Shown here: piece by piece, positions 33,027-42,679 of the stretch
How positions within the stretch are numbered: position 1 is the first letter of the stretch
How the letters are laid out: every line of letters starts with the position of its first letter
DNA from: an uncultured Chloroflexia bacterium
GTDB taxonomy: Bacteria > Chloroflexota > Limnocylindria > Limnocylindrales > CSP1-4
Assembly: GCA_963707215.1 (NCBI GenBank)
Contig: CAVPPB010000001.1
Coordinates: 480,001 to 544,000 of the forward strand
Length of the DNA stretch: 64,000 nucleotides
Direction: 5' to 3'
Translations under genes and position numbers: made by a program
Notes under the pieces: model-generated
What the model was told of the DNA's origin: nothing
Seen by the model: the letters and a program-made list of their open reading frames with translations, nothing else
The model's database searches: none

Positions 33027-34450
33027 CCGCGTGCTGGTGGGCCAGGTACTCGAGCAGGTCGAGCCGGGTCACGACGCCGATCGGCCGACCGGCCCGCGTG
33101 GCGACGACCGCCGACGCGCCATCGCGCAGCAGGGCGAACGCCTCGTCGACCGTGGCCGAGGCCTCCACGAGCGGCAGCGGCCGGTCCATGACCTCGCCCA
33201 CCGTCCGCTCGACGACCATCGGGTCGCGGTAGGCGCGCTCCAGGAGCCCGGTCTCGCTGACCGCCCCGACGATCGCCTCGAGGTCGTCGCCCGTCGGGCG
33301 CCTCGGAGACCGGCAGCTGGCTGATCCCGAAGCGCTGGAGCACCTCGATGGCGTCCCCCACGCGCTCGGTGGTCCGGGCGAGGACGACGTCCGGCAGCGC
33401 GCCCTGGTGGTGGCGCTGGTCGAGAGAGGTCGGCCACCCGGATGACGGCTCCCGTGGTGGCGAGCAGGCCGTTGGCCCGCATCCACTCGTCGTTGTAGAG
33501 CTTCGAGAGGTAGTTGCGGCCGCCGTCGGGGAGGATGACGACGATGACCCGATCGTGGTGCCGCCGCCGGCGTCCTCCGACATGATCCGGCGGGCCTCGT
33601 CGAGGGCGGCGACGACGCGCCGTCCCGCACGACTCGCCGGCCAGGATCCCCTCCTCGCGGGTGATCCGCCGGGCCATCGCGAACGCGTCCCGGTCCGAGA
33701 CCCGGACCCACCGATCGACGACCTCCGGATCGAGGGTCCCCGGCATGAAGTCCTCGCCCGACGCCCTCGGTCAGGTACGGCCGGGCCGTGTCGCCGGAGA
33801 GGACGCTGCCCTCCGGATCGGCGCCCACGACGACGAGGTCCGGACGCCGTGCCTTGAGGTATCGACCGACGCCGCTGATCGTCCCGCCGGTGCCGACGCT
33901 GGCGACGAAGTGGCTGATCCGCCCGTCCGTCTGCTCCCAGATCTCCGGCCCGGTCGTGGCCTCGTGCGCGGCCGGGTTCTCCTCGTTCCAGTACTGGTCC
34001 GGCTTGAAGGCGCCCGGGATGTCGCGGGCCAGGCGATCGGCCACCCGGTAGTAGGACTCGGGCGACTCGGGGGGCACGTTCGTCGGGCAGAGGACCACCT
34101 CGGCCCCGTAGGCGCGGAGCAGCGCCTGCTTCTCGGCCGACTGCTTGTCGGCCATGACGAAGATGCAGCGGTAGCCCTTCAGCGCGGCGGCGATGGCGAG
34201 GCCGTGGCCGGTGTTGCCGGAGGTCGGCTCGACGATGGTGCCGCCGGGACGAAGCGATCCCGTCCGCTCGGCCGCCTCGATCATCGGCAGGCCGATGCGA
34301 TCCTTGACCGAGCCGCCCGGGTTCAGGGCCTCGAGCTTCGCGAGAACCAGCGGTTGCCGGTCGACCGGGCCGAGGTCCCGCGGTGACCCGCGACAGGCGG
34401 ACGAGCGGCGTGCCACCGATGAGCTCGAGGATGGAGTCGGCGTAGCGCAT
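33019..34450 (-). CDS. cbs: cystathionine beta-synthase with C-terminal CBS domains, frameshifted
   Basis: IGGTPLVRL, NPGGSVKDR (PLP Lys), EPTSGNTG, GTGGT, PDGGRNYLSKLYNDEW, GISQLPV, VVTRLDLL. Confidence 0.87.
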
Positions 34451-34474
34451 GGTGCCCGAGTATCCAGGTCGCGG

Positions 34475-35290
34475 TCAGCGCCAGGCGGTCGTCAGCCAGG
34501 CCCAGCGCTTCGACGATGCCCGGCCGGCGGTCGGGCGAGCCGGTGGACGGCCGCGACGTCCGGGGCGGTCCGGCTCGTGGAGGGCCGCAACGATCCGGTG
34601 GGCGATCCGTCGCTCGTCGGACGACCATGGCGTTGGAGGGGGCGTGGCCGCGTCGACCCCGGCGAGCTCCTGCCAGGTGACCGATGGCAGGACCCGACGA
34701 TGAGCCGCCGGCCGCGGTAGAGCTCGTCCGCGCCACCGATAGCGAGCGGCACGATCGGCGCGCCGCTGCGCAGCGCCAGGTACGCGATGCCCGGCCCGAG
34801 CGGTCGCGTCCTGCCGGCGGTGCCGTCGCGCCGACCTCCGGGAAGACCAGCAGGACGGCGCCAGCCTCGAGCGCCACCGTCGCGGCCCCTCGAGGTGCGC
34901 CTCGACCGGCCTCGCGCCGACCGCCGGCCAGATCGGGATGACGCCACCGACAGGTGGACCGCGAGGCGTCGCCACCACGACCGGAAGATGGCCCGTCCAT
35001 CACCGAGGAACACGAGGCGCGGCGTCCGCGGCAGCAGGTCGGCGACGAGGAGTGGGTCGATCCAGGTCCGATGCGGGAGCCCGGCCGCGATCCAGCCCCC
35101 GGTCGGGCGACCGGTCTCGTCGCGGGGCAGCAGCGAGCGACCGATGCAGCCTCGGCCGGAACCCGAACAGCCCATGCCCGACCACGTGAAGCGCGGCGAG
35201 CAGCGCCCGATAGACGAACGATGGTCGGGCCGTGACCCGACCGATCAGGCCGATCCGGCGCGGCCCGTCCGGCGGACCAGCCATCGCCAT
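34475..35290 (-). CDS. lysophospholipid acyltransferase (PlsC-like) 2, frameshifted
   Basis: HRTWID (HxxxxD), VFLG, GGVIPIW, VFPEVG, GAPIVPLAIGGADELYRG in several frames. Confidence 0.72.
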
Positions 35291-35370
35291 GGCCCGGAGG
35301 ATGGCCGCCCGGCGCCGGCCGGGGAAGTCGATCGGCGGCCGGCCCGGTGGCAGGGCCGGCGCGTCGCCGG

Positions 35371-36261
35371 TCAGGGGCCTCGACAGCAGCAGCCAGGTCA
35401 GCGGCAGCGCAGTCGTTGCGGGGGGTCGGCGGATCGACCGTGGCGGGGTAGAGGGCAGCCACCTGCGGCCCGAGCAGGTCGGCGAATCGATCGGTCGGAG
35501 ATCCTTCGAGCGAGCTCGAGCTCCTCGCGCGAGCCGCCGGCGCGCGGTCCGCCGTCCCAGGAGTCGCCGAGCAGCTCGCGGGCGCTGGTCGCCGGCAGGA
35601 TCCGCGTCGCGAATCGCTTCCCGACATACAGCTCCTGGCTGCCGACGATAGCCAGCGGGACGATCGGCACCTGGGTCCGCAGCGCGATCAGGACGACCCG
35701 AGGCGGAATGGGGCCAGCGCATCCGGCGGCCCGCTGATGCCGCCTTCCGGCATCAGGACGAACACGCCGCCGGCGTCGAGGACCGCCTGCGCCGAGGCGA
35801 CGTGCTGCTCGACACCTACGCCGCCCCGCCAGACCGGAAGCATGCCGCCGAGGCGGTGGAGGAGCGCACTCCTTCCAGCGGGCGTCGAAGGCAGACGGCC
35901 CGGAGCCGAGGAACCAGACTCGCGGCTCCAGCGGCAGCCCGTGCATGACCAGGAAGGGATCCATCCAGCCTCGATGGACGGCCGGACCACGAGCAGGTAG
36001 CCGCCCGCTGGTGGGTGCTCGGTCCTGTCGGCATCGACCCGGAAGCGGAGCAGGCCGAAAAGCCAGGAATCGGGCCAGGCGAGCGAGGACGCGAATGGTG
36101 CGCGAGGCGCGAACCTCGGGCGTGCGCCCCAGCCAGGCCAGGCCCTCCCGGACGCCGCCTCGCTCGGCGGCCACCCGCTCCGGCGCGGTCCGGGCCGCCT
36201 GGCGCGCGGGCCGGCGAGGCGGCCCGGGAGACGGCGGTGTCGGCGGCGGCGCCGCGCTCAA
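35371..36261 (-). CDS. lysophospholipid acyltransferase (PlsC-like) 1, frameshifted
   Basis: HRGWMD (HxxxxD), WFLGSG, GGMLPVWRGG, MPEG, IVPLAIVGSQELY. Both ends approximate. Confidence 0.72.
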
Positions 36262-36268
36262 CTGCCCG

Positions 36269-37280
36269 TCAGGTCGGATCCGGCTTGGAGTCGGCGGGCG
36301 GCAGCCCTTCCGGGGTGCCGACCTCGCCGGCTGCCTCGCCGGTGAGAGCTCGATCGCCAGAGGGAGCGTGATCGTCGGCTGCCGTCCCCTCCGTCGGCTG
36401 GGGCCCGTCAGCGGCTCCGGCGGCCACGTCCGCGGCCTCGAGCCCGGCCAGACGGCGGGCATCCTCGTCGGCGATCGACGGGCCGCCGCGAAGGTGACGA
36501 CCCACGATGATCGCCGCCCCCACCAGCATGAAGCCGCCGGCGAACAGCCAGGCCGTCGGGATGCCGTTGAACGTCCAGTTCTCAGAGCGGAGTGACTCGA
36601 GCGCGAAGCGGACAGCCCCATACCAGATGAAGAAGATGCCGAGGAGGTCGCCCGGTCGCAGACGCGTCGCCATCCTGCGTCCGAGCCACAGGAGCACGAC
36701 CAGCCCCAGCACTGCAGCGAGCGATTCGTAGAGGAACAGCGGCTGGAAGCGCGTCGTCTCGAACGGGTAAGCGTCGCAGGAGTAGTCGGCGATCCGGTAC
36801 TGACATTCGATCGGGATGCCCCAGGGCAGCGTGGTCGGCGGGCCGTACAGCTCCTGGTTGAAGAAGTTCCCCCAGCGGCCGACCGCCTGCATCGCGAACA
36901 GGGCGGGTGCGATGACGTCCATCCAGGCCCACACGGACTGCCGCTTGTGGCGGATCCAGAGGATGCCGACGATCGTGCCGGTGATCAGGCCGCCGAACAC
37001 CCCGAGCCCGGTGTACGGCGGCAGCACGATCCCGATGAGGTTGTCCTGGTAGAGGTCCCAGCGATCGATCACGTGATACAACCGCCCGCCGATCAGCGCG
37101 GCGACCGCGATCACGATCATGCCGTCGGCGACGAGCGAGGCGTCGAGGCCCTTGCGGCGGGCCTCGTGAGTGAGCGACGACGTAGGCAGCCACGAGCCCG
37201 AGGGCGTAGCAGATCCCGTACCAGTAGACGGGAACGGAACCGATCTGGACGAGGACCGGGTCGGGCGTGAAGTCGAACAT
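36269..37280 (-). CDS. lgt: prolipoprotein diacylglyceryl transferase, one frameshift near 37175
   Basis: WYG, GGRLYHV, GLGVFGG, GRWGNFFNQELYG, QPLFLYE, RFALESLR. Confidence 0.9.
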
Positions 37281-37387
37281 GACCGGCGAAGTGTACGACC
37301 GACGCGCCATCCGGCTCGCCCGGCGGCTCGCTCCCGACACTTCCGGCGGATGACCGACTGCCTGTGCCGAACCCGCCGAGCCCGCCC

Positions 37388-37751
37388 GTGAACGCCGAGT
37401 TCAACTGGTGGTTGCTCATCGTCGGCCTGGGCGTGGGCGCTGGGCCTCACCTGGCTCGTCCTCGCCGACATGGGCCGACGGCGCGACGCCACGGCCGATC
37501 GCGAGCGGGCTGACGAGACCGCCTGGATCGAGACGACCCTGCGCGACGATGGTGTTGCCGTCGCGGCTGGTGTCGTCGACCGCGTCCTCGACCTCCACGA
37601 GATCTGGCTGGACCGCTCGTCGCCCGAGAGTCGGGACGCGGTCCCGATCGGCACCCACGAGCCGGTCGACGAACCTGCCGCTCCGGGACCGGTCGCCTCT
37701 GACGAGACCGGGGGCGTGGAGGCGGGCAGCGCTGCCGAGGATCGCGACTAG
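37388..37751 (+). CDS. hypothetical protein with N-terminal TM helix, frameshift near 37444
   Basis: GTG-NAEFNWWLLIVGLGVGAG joins LTWLVLADMGRRRD..ETAWIE.. after a 1-nt shift; GC3-rich codons. Confidence 0.6.
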
Positions 37752-38581
37752 AGCTCGCCGAGCAGCACGGGCTGGCCGGGCCGGTCCCCGTCGACGTCCA
37801 CGATGGAGACCCCGAAGGTGGCTCCGGCGCTGACATCCGCGAGGGCCGAGGCCGGCCCGGCCCACCAGGCGACATCGCCGTCGACCCACATCCGGCCCAG
37901 GACCGTCCGCTCGCCGTCGACCTCGACCCAGCAGCGGTACTCCTGGCCTGGGCCGGGCTCCGGCAGGCCGGCCGTCTCGACGGCCATCTCGCCGGCCGAG
38001 GCGGAGAAGAGCAGCCAGCCGGCGGCATCCGTGCCGTCGAGGCCGACCGTCCGGGAGTCGGACACCGCAGCGATCCTCGCGGCGTCATCGGCGACCCGGG
38101 TGAGCGAGGCGATGGTCGCTTCCGCGTCGCCGAGGCGACCCGCGGTCCACCACCAGCCCGTGACGCCGACCACGGCGACCACCAGGGCCGCGGCCAGGGC
38201 GACGACCCAGGGGATGGGCACCAGCCGTCGATGCGGGACGGGGGCCGGTGCCGGTACTGGCACCTGCACCGGCAGCGCGCCTGCGTCGGGCCGGACCACC
38301 GATGAGGGGGCCGCGGCCGCCCCGCGGATCCGACCCTCGGCGAGGACGCGGGCCAGGGTGCGCTCGCGGAGGTCGGCGGGCGGGAGCGAGCGTACGGCGT
38401 AGCGGATCACGACGGCGGACCGACCGAGCTCCTCGTACTCCGTCGCGCACGACGGGCAGCCGGCCAGGTGACCGGCCACGGAAGCGGCCTCGGCAGTGTC
38501 GCCGGCCTGCAACCGCTCGAAGCCGCCTGGCTCGACCGCCGCCAGCTCCAGCAGCGCCTTGACGTCCTGGTGCTCCATCAC
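37748..38581 (-). CDS. anti-sigma factor, RskA-like with ZAS zinc finger
   Basis: HLAGCPSC (HxxxCxxC), PPADLRERTL, single TM, C-terminal GQEYRCW; ATGA overlap with the sigma factor. Confidence 0.8.
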   Translation of the reverse strand: MMEHQDVKALLELAAVEPGGFERLQAGDTAEAASVAGHLAGCPSCATEYEELGRSAVVIRYAVRSLPPADLRERTLARVLAEGRIRGAAAAPSSVVRPDAGALPVQVPVPAPAPVPHRRLVPIPWVVALAAALVVAVVGVTGWWWTAGRLGDAEATIASLTRVADDAARIAAVSDSRTVGLDGTDAAGWLLFSASAGEMAVETAGLPEPGPGQEYRCWVEVDGERTVLGRMWVDGDVAWWAGPASALADVSAGATFGVSIVDVDGDRPGQPVLLGEL

Positions 38582-39237
38582 GGCGTCTTCGTCTCCGGGT
38601 CGCCGAAGGCGACGGCCGCTCCCGCTTCCGGCTCGCCGAGCGCCTCCCGGAGTCGACGCAGCCCCCGTCGGGTCCTGGTCTTGACCGTCCCCAACGGCCA
38701 GCCGAGCCGCTCCGCGATCTCGGCCTGGGTCAGGTCCTGCTGGTAGGCGAGCAGGATCACGGTGCGCTCGTCCTCCGGCATGGCTGCCACAGCGGCCGCG
38801 ACGACCGACTGCTGCTCAGCGGCCACAGCATGGTCGAATGGATCGGCCTCGACGGACCCGGCCGCGACCAGATCGCCGACGGTCGCGAGGTCCGGCCCCC
38901 CGCCACCCAAGTCCGGATCCGGATCGAGTGCGACGAGCCGGGGCCGCCGGGCGGCTGCTCGGAGCCGGTCCAGCGCCCGGTTGCGCGCGATGGTCCGAAG
39001 CCACGTCGTCAGCGACGCCACGTGCGGATCGAATCGCTCGGCTCGGTCCCAGAGCACCAGGAAGGTCTCCTGTACCACCTCTTCCGCCGTCCCTCGATCG
39101 CCCGAGAGCCGCAGGGCGAGGGCGAAGATGCCCGACCCGTGGCGATCGTAGAGCTCCACCAGCGCCGACTGCGAGCCGTCGGCGACCGCGCGGACCAGGG
39201 CAGCATCGTCGGCTCCCGAGCGGGTCGGTCCCGTCAT
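38578..39237 (-). CDS. ECF RNA polymerase sigma factor (SigK-like)
   Basis: LYDRH, AEEVVQETF, WLRTIARNRALD, LTQAEIAERLGWPLGTVKTR. Confidence 0.9.
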   Translation of the reverse strand: MTGPTRSGADDAALVRAVADGSQSALVELYDRHGSGIFALALRLSGDRGTAEEVVQETFLVLWDRAERFDPHVASLTTWLRTIARNRALDRLRAAARRPRLVALDPDPDLGGGGPDLATVGDLVAAGSVEADPFDHAVAAEQQSVVAAAVAAMPEDERTVILLAYQQDLTQAEIAERLGWPLGTVKTRTRRGLRRLREALGEPEAGAAVAFGDPETKTP

Positions 39238-39265
39238 CCTCTACGCCCTTCGCCGGCAGGCGGTT

Positions 39266-39580
39266 TCACCACTCGCTCGCGGGGACCCGGCGCAGGCCGG
39301 CCAGGGATCCGGCCGGGAGGTGCGCCTCCAGGCAGGTGACGCCGTCGGGGCCCACGATCGCACCATGGGCGGTCCCGGCCGGCAGCTCCAGACGATCGCC
39401 CTCGTCGAGCCGGATCCGCCCCCCGCCGGCCTCGAAGACGATGGACCCGGCGGCACAGACGAGGACCTTGTCAAAGCCGTGGTCATGAGTGCCGTAGCGA
39501 TCGCCCGGGCCGTTGCCCCAGGGCGACGGGTCGAGGCCCTCGCGACGCAGGCGCTCCGAGAGCGGGGTCCGCTCGGTCAC
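39266..39580 (-). CDS. cupin domain protein
   Basis: YGTHDH..K, GSIVF, GDRLELPAGTAH; GTGA overlap with the VIT1 gene. Confidence 0.78.
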   Translation of the reverse strand: MTERTPLSERLRREGLDPSPWGNGPGDRYGTHDHGFDKVLVCAAGSIVFEAGGGRIRLDEGDRLELPAGTAHGAIVGPDGVTCLEAHLPAGSLAGLRRVPASEW

Positions 39581-40788
39581 CCGGAGACCCCGACGCCGAT
39601 GGCCCGCCCGACGACGTAGGTCACGACGGCGGCCGCGATGCCCAGGCCAGCCTGGCGCAGGCCGGAGTAGATCGTGCTCCTGCCGGTCAGCATGCTGACC
39701 GCCGCGCCGACGCCGAAGAGCGCGACGACGCTGACGATGAACGACGTCCAGAAGGCGAGGCTGCCGTCGCCGAACAGGTACGGGACCACCGGGACGATGG
39801 CGCCGATCGCGAAGGCGATGAAGGAGCCGAAGGCCGCCCCCCAGGGCGACCCCAGCTCGTCGGGGTCGAGGCCGAGCTCCTCGCGAACGAGCGTATCGAG
39901 GGCCAGGTCCGGCTTCTGGAAGACCCGGTGGGCGATCGCCGTCGCCTCGTCGTCGGTCAGGCCCTTGGTCCGGTAGATCGCCGCCAGCTCCGCCTCCTCC
40001 TCATCGGGCATCGCCGCGATCTCGGCCCGTTCCAGCTCGATCTGGCGCTCGTAGAGCTCACGCTGCGACTGCATCGAGATGTACTCGCCGGCGGCCATGC
40101 TGAACGCCCCCGCGAGCAGGCCGGCGATGCCGGCCAGGAGGACGAAGCGGCCGTCCCCCACGGTCTCGGCCGACGCGCCGGCGACGCCCATGACCAGGGC
40201 GAGGTTGCTGACCAGGCCGTCCGAGACGCCGAAGACGATCGCCCGGAAGGTCCCCGACTGCCCGGCCCGATGCCAGCGCTCGGCCGAGGCGATGTCACGG
40301 GGCCGAGCGGCCGCCTCGGCGGCGGCCACGCCGGCGGCCTGGGCCTCGGCGCCGATGCGCTCGCGGCGGGTCGGTCGCGGACGCCGCTCCTCGGCTCCAC
40401 CGATGCGCTTCCAGACCTCGGCGTGGGCCCGCTCGTCGGCGGCGATGCCGGCCTGCTCCGGCACGGACTCGCCTTCGTAGTGGGCGGCGGCATCGCGCTC
40501 CATCGCCATGACCAGCGACGCCACCCTCGAGCTGCCCAGCAGGCGGGCCAGGGCGGTGATCGCCCGGACCCGGATCCGCGGCCCGCCGTCGGCCGGGACA
40601 GGCTCGCCGAGCTCCCGGAGCGCACGGACCCAGATCGCGGCATGCCGAAGCTCGGTCTCGGCGATCGATCGGAACAGGTCGGCCCGGTCCGGGTCCCGCT
40701 CGAACGAGGCCAGGCGCTCGTACATCCAGGCGGCGTCCCGTTCGGATCGGAGGTGCTCGCGGGCGACCGCAGCATGGGTCGTGGCCAT
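39577..40788 (-). CDS. VIT1/CCC1 transporter with N-terminal rubrerythrin/ferritin-like domain (MbfA-like)
   Basis: N-terminal E..Y..ETELRH and E..Y..DERAH di-iron motifs; FGVSDGLVSN, SMAAGEYIS, REELGLD, PWGAAFGSF. Confidence 0.87.
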   Translation of the reverse strand: MATTHAAVAREHLRSERDAAWMYERLASFERDPDRADLFRSIAETELRHAAIWVRALRELGEPVPADGGPRIRVRAITALARLLGSSRVASLVMAMERDAAAHYEGESVPEQAGIAADERAHAEVWKRIGGAEERRPRPTRRERIGAEAQAAGVAAAEAAARPRDIASAERWHRAGQSGTFRAIVFGVSDGLVSNLALVMGVAGASAETVGDGRFVLLAGIAGLLAGAFSMAAGEYISMQSQRELYERQIELERAEIAAMPDEEEAELAAIYRTKGLTDDEATAIAHRVFQKPDLALDTLVREELGLDPDELGSPWGAAFGSFIAFAIGAIVPVVPYLFGDGSLAFWTSFIVSVVALFGVGAAVSMLTGRSTIYSGLRQAGLGIAAAVVTYVVGRAIGVGVSG

Positions 40789-40929
40789 CCCCGCGAATCT
40801 AGGGGACCGCGCCGTTGCGCGCCGGGGACGTCCGGCCCGTCGATGGGGGTCCAAGGGCGTGGCGACGCCGTGCCGGCGACACCGGACGGTCGAGCCCGGT
40901 GCGACCGACCGCCCGACTACACTACCGGC

Positions 40930-41922
40930 ATGATCGGCCTCCCGCCGCTCCGCTGGCTGTCCTCGAGAGACGTCGAGGCGGCGATGCCCGGGCTGGCCGA
41001 GCGGCTGGCACTGGCCGAGCGGACCCTGACCTCGCTGGTCGCCGACGCCGAGCTGCCGCCGAAGATCGGCGTCCACCCGCGGCCGGACGGATCGTTCGCC
41101 CACGCCATGCCGGCCTTCCTGCGAGGATCCGAGCCCGCCGAGGACCGCCTCGGGATCAAGTGGGTGACCGGCTTCGACGGGAACCCGACCTCGATCGGCC
41201 TGCCAGCCATCAGCGCGGTCGTCGTGCTCTCCGACGCCTCGACCGGCATCCCCCTCGCCCTGCTGGACGGGGGACCCGTCACCGCCCAGCGAACGGCCGC
41301 CGTCAGCGGCGTGGCGATCCGGGCCTTCGCTCCGGCGATCACCTCTCAGCCGCCCCGGGTCGGGCTCATCGGTGCCGGCGTCCAGGGCCACAGCCACCTG
41401 CCGGTCATCGGCGCCGTCCGACCCGGGGCCGTCCTTCGGGTCCACGACCGAGATCCCGGGCGGGCGGAAGCCCTGGTCAGAGTCGCCAGGACGACCCCCG
41501 GGATCGCCGCCGCCGAGGCCGTCGGAGCGGCCCGGGATGCGACGATCGGAGCGGACGTCGTGGTGACCGCGGCGGCCTTCGGGCCGATCCGCCAGGTCAT
41601 GACGAACGACTGGCTCGAACCGCAGGCCACGGTCGTCGCGGTCGACTACGCCACCCATTGCGCGGCCGAGGTCGCCCAGGAGGCCACTCTCTTCCTGGTG
41701 GACGAGCGGGGCCAGTTCCTCGTCAACCGCGAGGCGGGCGCGTTCGATGGCTACCCGGACCCGACCTCGACCATCGGAGAGGCGCTCCTCGCCGGGACGG
41801 CCCGGCCCGACGGACGGGTCGTCGTGACCCACCTCGGGGTCGGACTCGCCGACGTCGTCTTCGGGTCGGCGATCCTGGAGCGGGCCGAGGCGCTCGGACT
41901 GGGGACGCTTCTGCCGCGCTGA
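40930..41922 (+). CDS. ornithine cyclodeaminase/mu-crystallin family protein
   Basis: LPPK, HAMPA, GIKWV, N...GLP, TAQRTAAVSG, IGAGVQG, G.GLAD. Confidence 0.85.
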   Translation: MIGLPPLRWLSSRDVEAAMPGLAERLALAERTLTSLVADAELPPKIGVHPRPDGSFAHAMPAFLRGSEPAEDRLGIKWVTGFDGNPTSIGLPAISAVVVLSDASTGIPLALLDGGPVTAQRTAAVSGVAIRAFAPAITSQPPRVGLIGAGVQGHSHLPVIGAVRPGAVLRVHDRDPGRAEALVRVARTTPGIAAAEAVGAARDATIGADVVVTAAAFGPIRQVMTNDWLEPQATVVAVDYATHCAAEVAQEATLFLVDERGQFLVNREAGAFDGYPDPTSTIGEALLAGTARPDGRVVVTHLGVGLADVVFGSAILERAEALGLGTLLPR

Positions 41923-42245
41923 CGGAGGCCGGGCGCGGTCCTCGGTTCCGCGTCCTAGGCTCCCGACCGGTGTCGGCTCCCGCGGACACCTCGGACGGCC
42001 TGCCCGACCATGGCCCGGAGCAGGAGGAGGATGCCGATCGCAAGCGCGACCAGATCATGGGGGGTCCCCGTCCCCGCCTCGAAGAGCGCGAGATCATCGA
42101 GCGAGGGCGCTGAACCTCCGGACCGGCCGCCCGGGCCGGTCGCCGCGGGGCCCCGCGAGCGACGGGCGGGGTGGCTACGACGACGCATCTCACGGCTGAG
42201 ACGCCGGGGCCTCGATACCGTTGCGGCGCCCCGCCTTCGGGTCGG

Positions 42246-42581
42246 CTACTCGAAGACCTCGAGCGGACCGTCGGGGACCTCGATGAGGATCCGCCCGTCC
42301 TCCACGACGACGATGTAGACCGCCAGCGGCAGATCGGCGGGCGGATCCAGCGGTTCGCCGTCGTTGAGATCGAACCGTGAGAGATGGAGCGCACAGGTGA
42401 TCGTACCGGCCGTCAGGAAGCCCTTGTCGAGCTCGAAGTACTCATGGCTGCAGATGCCCTGGACGGCCGTGTAGTCGCCGTCCTGGTTGATGACGAGGAC
42501 CGGATCGGAACCCTCGGCCCAGGCCATCTTCATCGTCCCGGCCGGGACCTCCTCGACACCAAGGAGGTCGATGCGTCTCAC
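42246..42581 (-). CDS. Rieske [2Fe-2S] ferredoxin
   Basis: CSH...CALH motif, SRFD..GE..PP; directly downstream of sufBD. Confidence 0.88.
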   Translation of the reverse strand: MRRIDLLGVEEVPAGTMKMAWAEGSDPVLVINQDGDYTAVQGICSHEYFELDKGFLTAGTITCALHLSRFDLNDGEPLDPPADLPLAVYIVVVEDGRILIEVPDGPLEVFE

Positions 42582-42679
42582 GCCATCACCCTAGCGCACG
42601 CCGGCAAGCCGATCCGGCCATCCCGGCGCCGGATGCGGGACACGCCACGTGGCGACCCAGGGCAGCGGGGGCGCGGGTC

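Noticed and set aside
31925-34450. 841-aa apparent CBS-GNAT fusion
   Set aside because: A chimera made by frameshifts; only patches are in the correct frame, and cbs has its own stop at 33019.
41955-42188. 77-aa ORF with a hydrophobic segment (DLVALAIGILLLLRAMV)
   Set aside because: No in-frame start codon at a suitable distance from the GGAGG; N-terminal half looks non-coding; possible remnant only.
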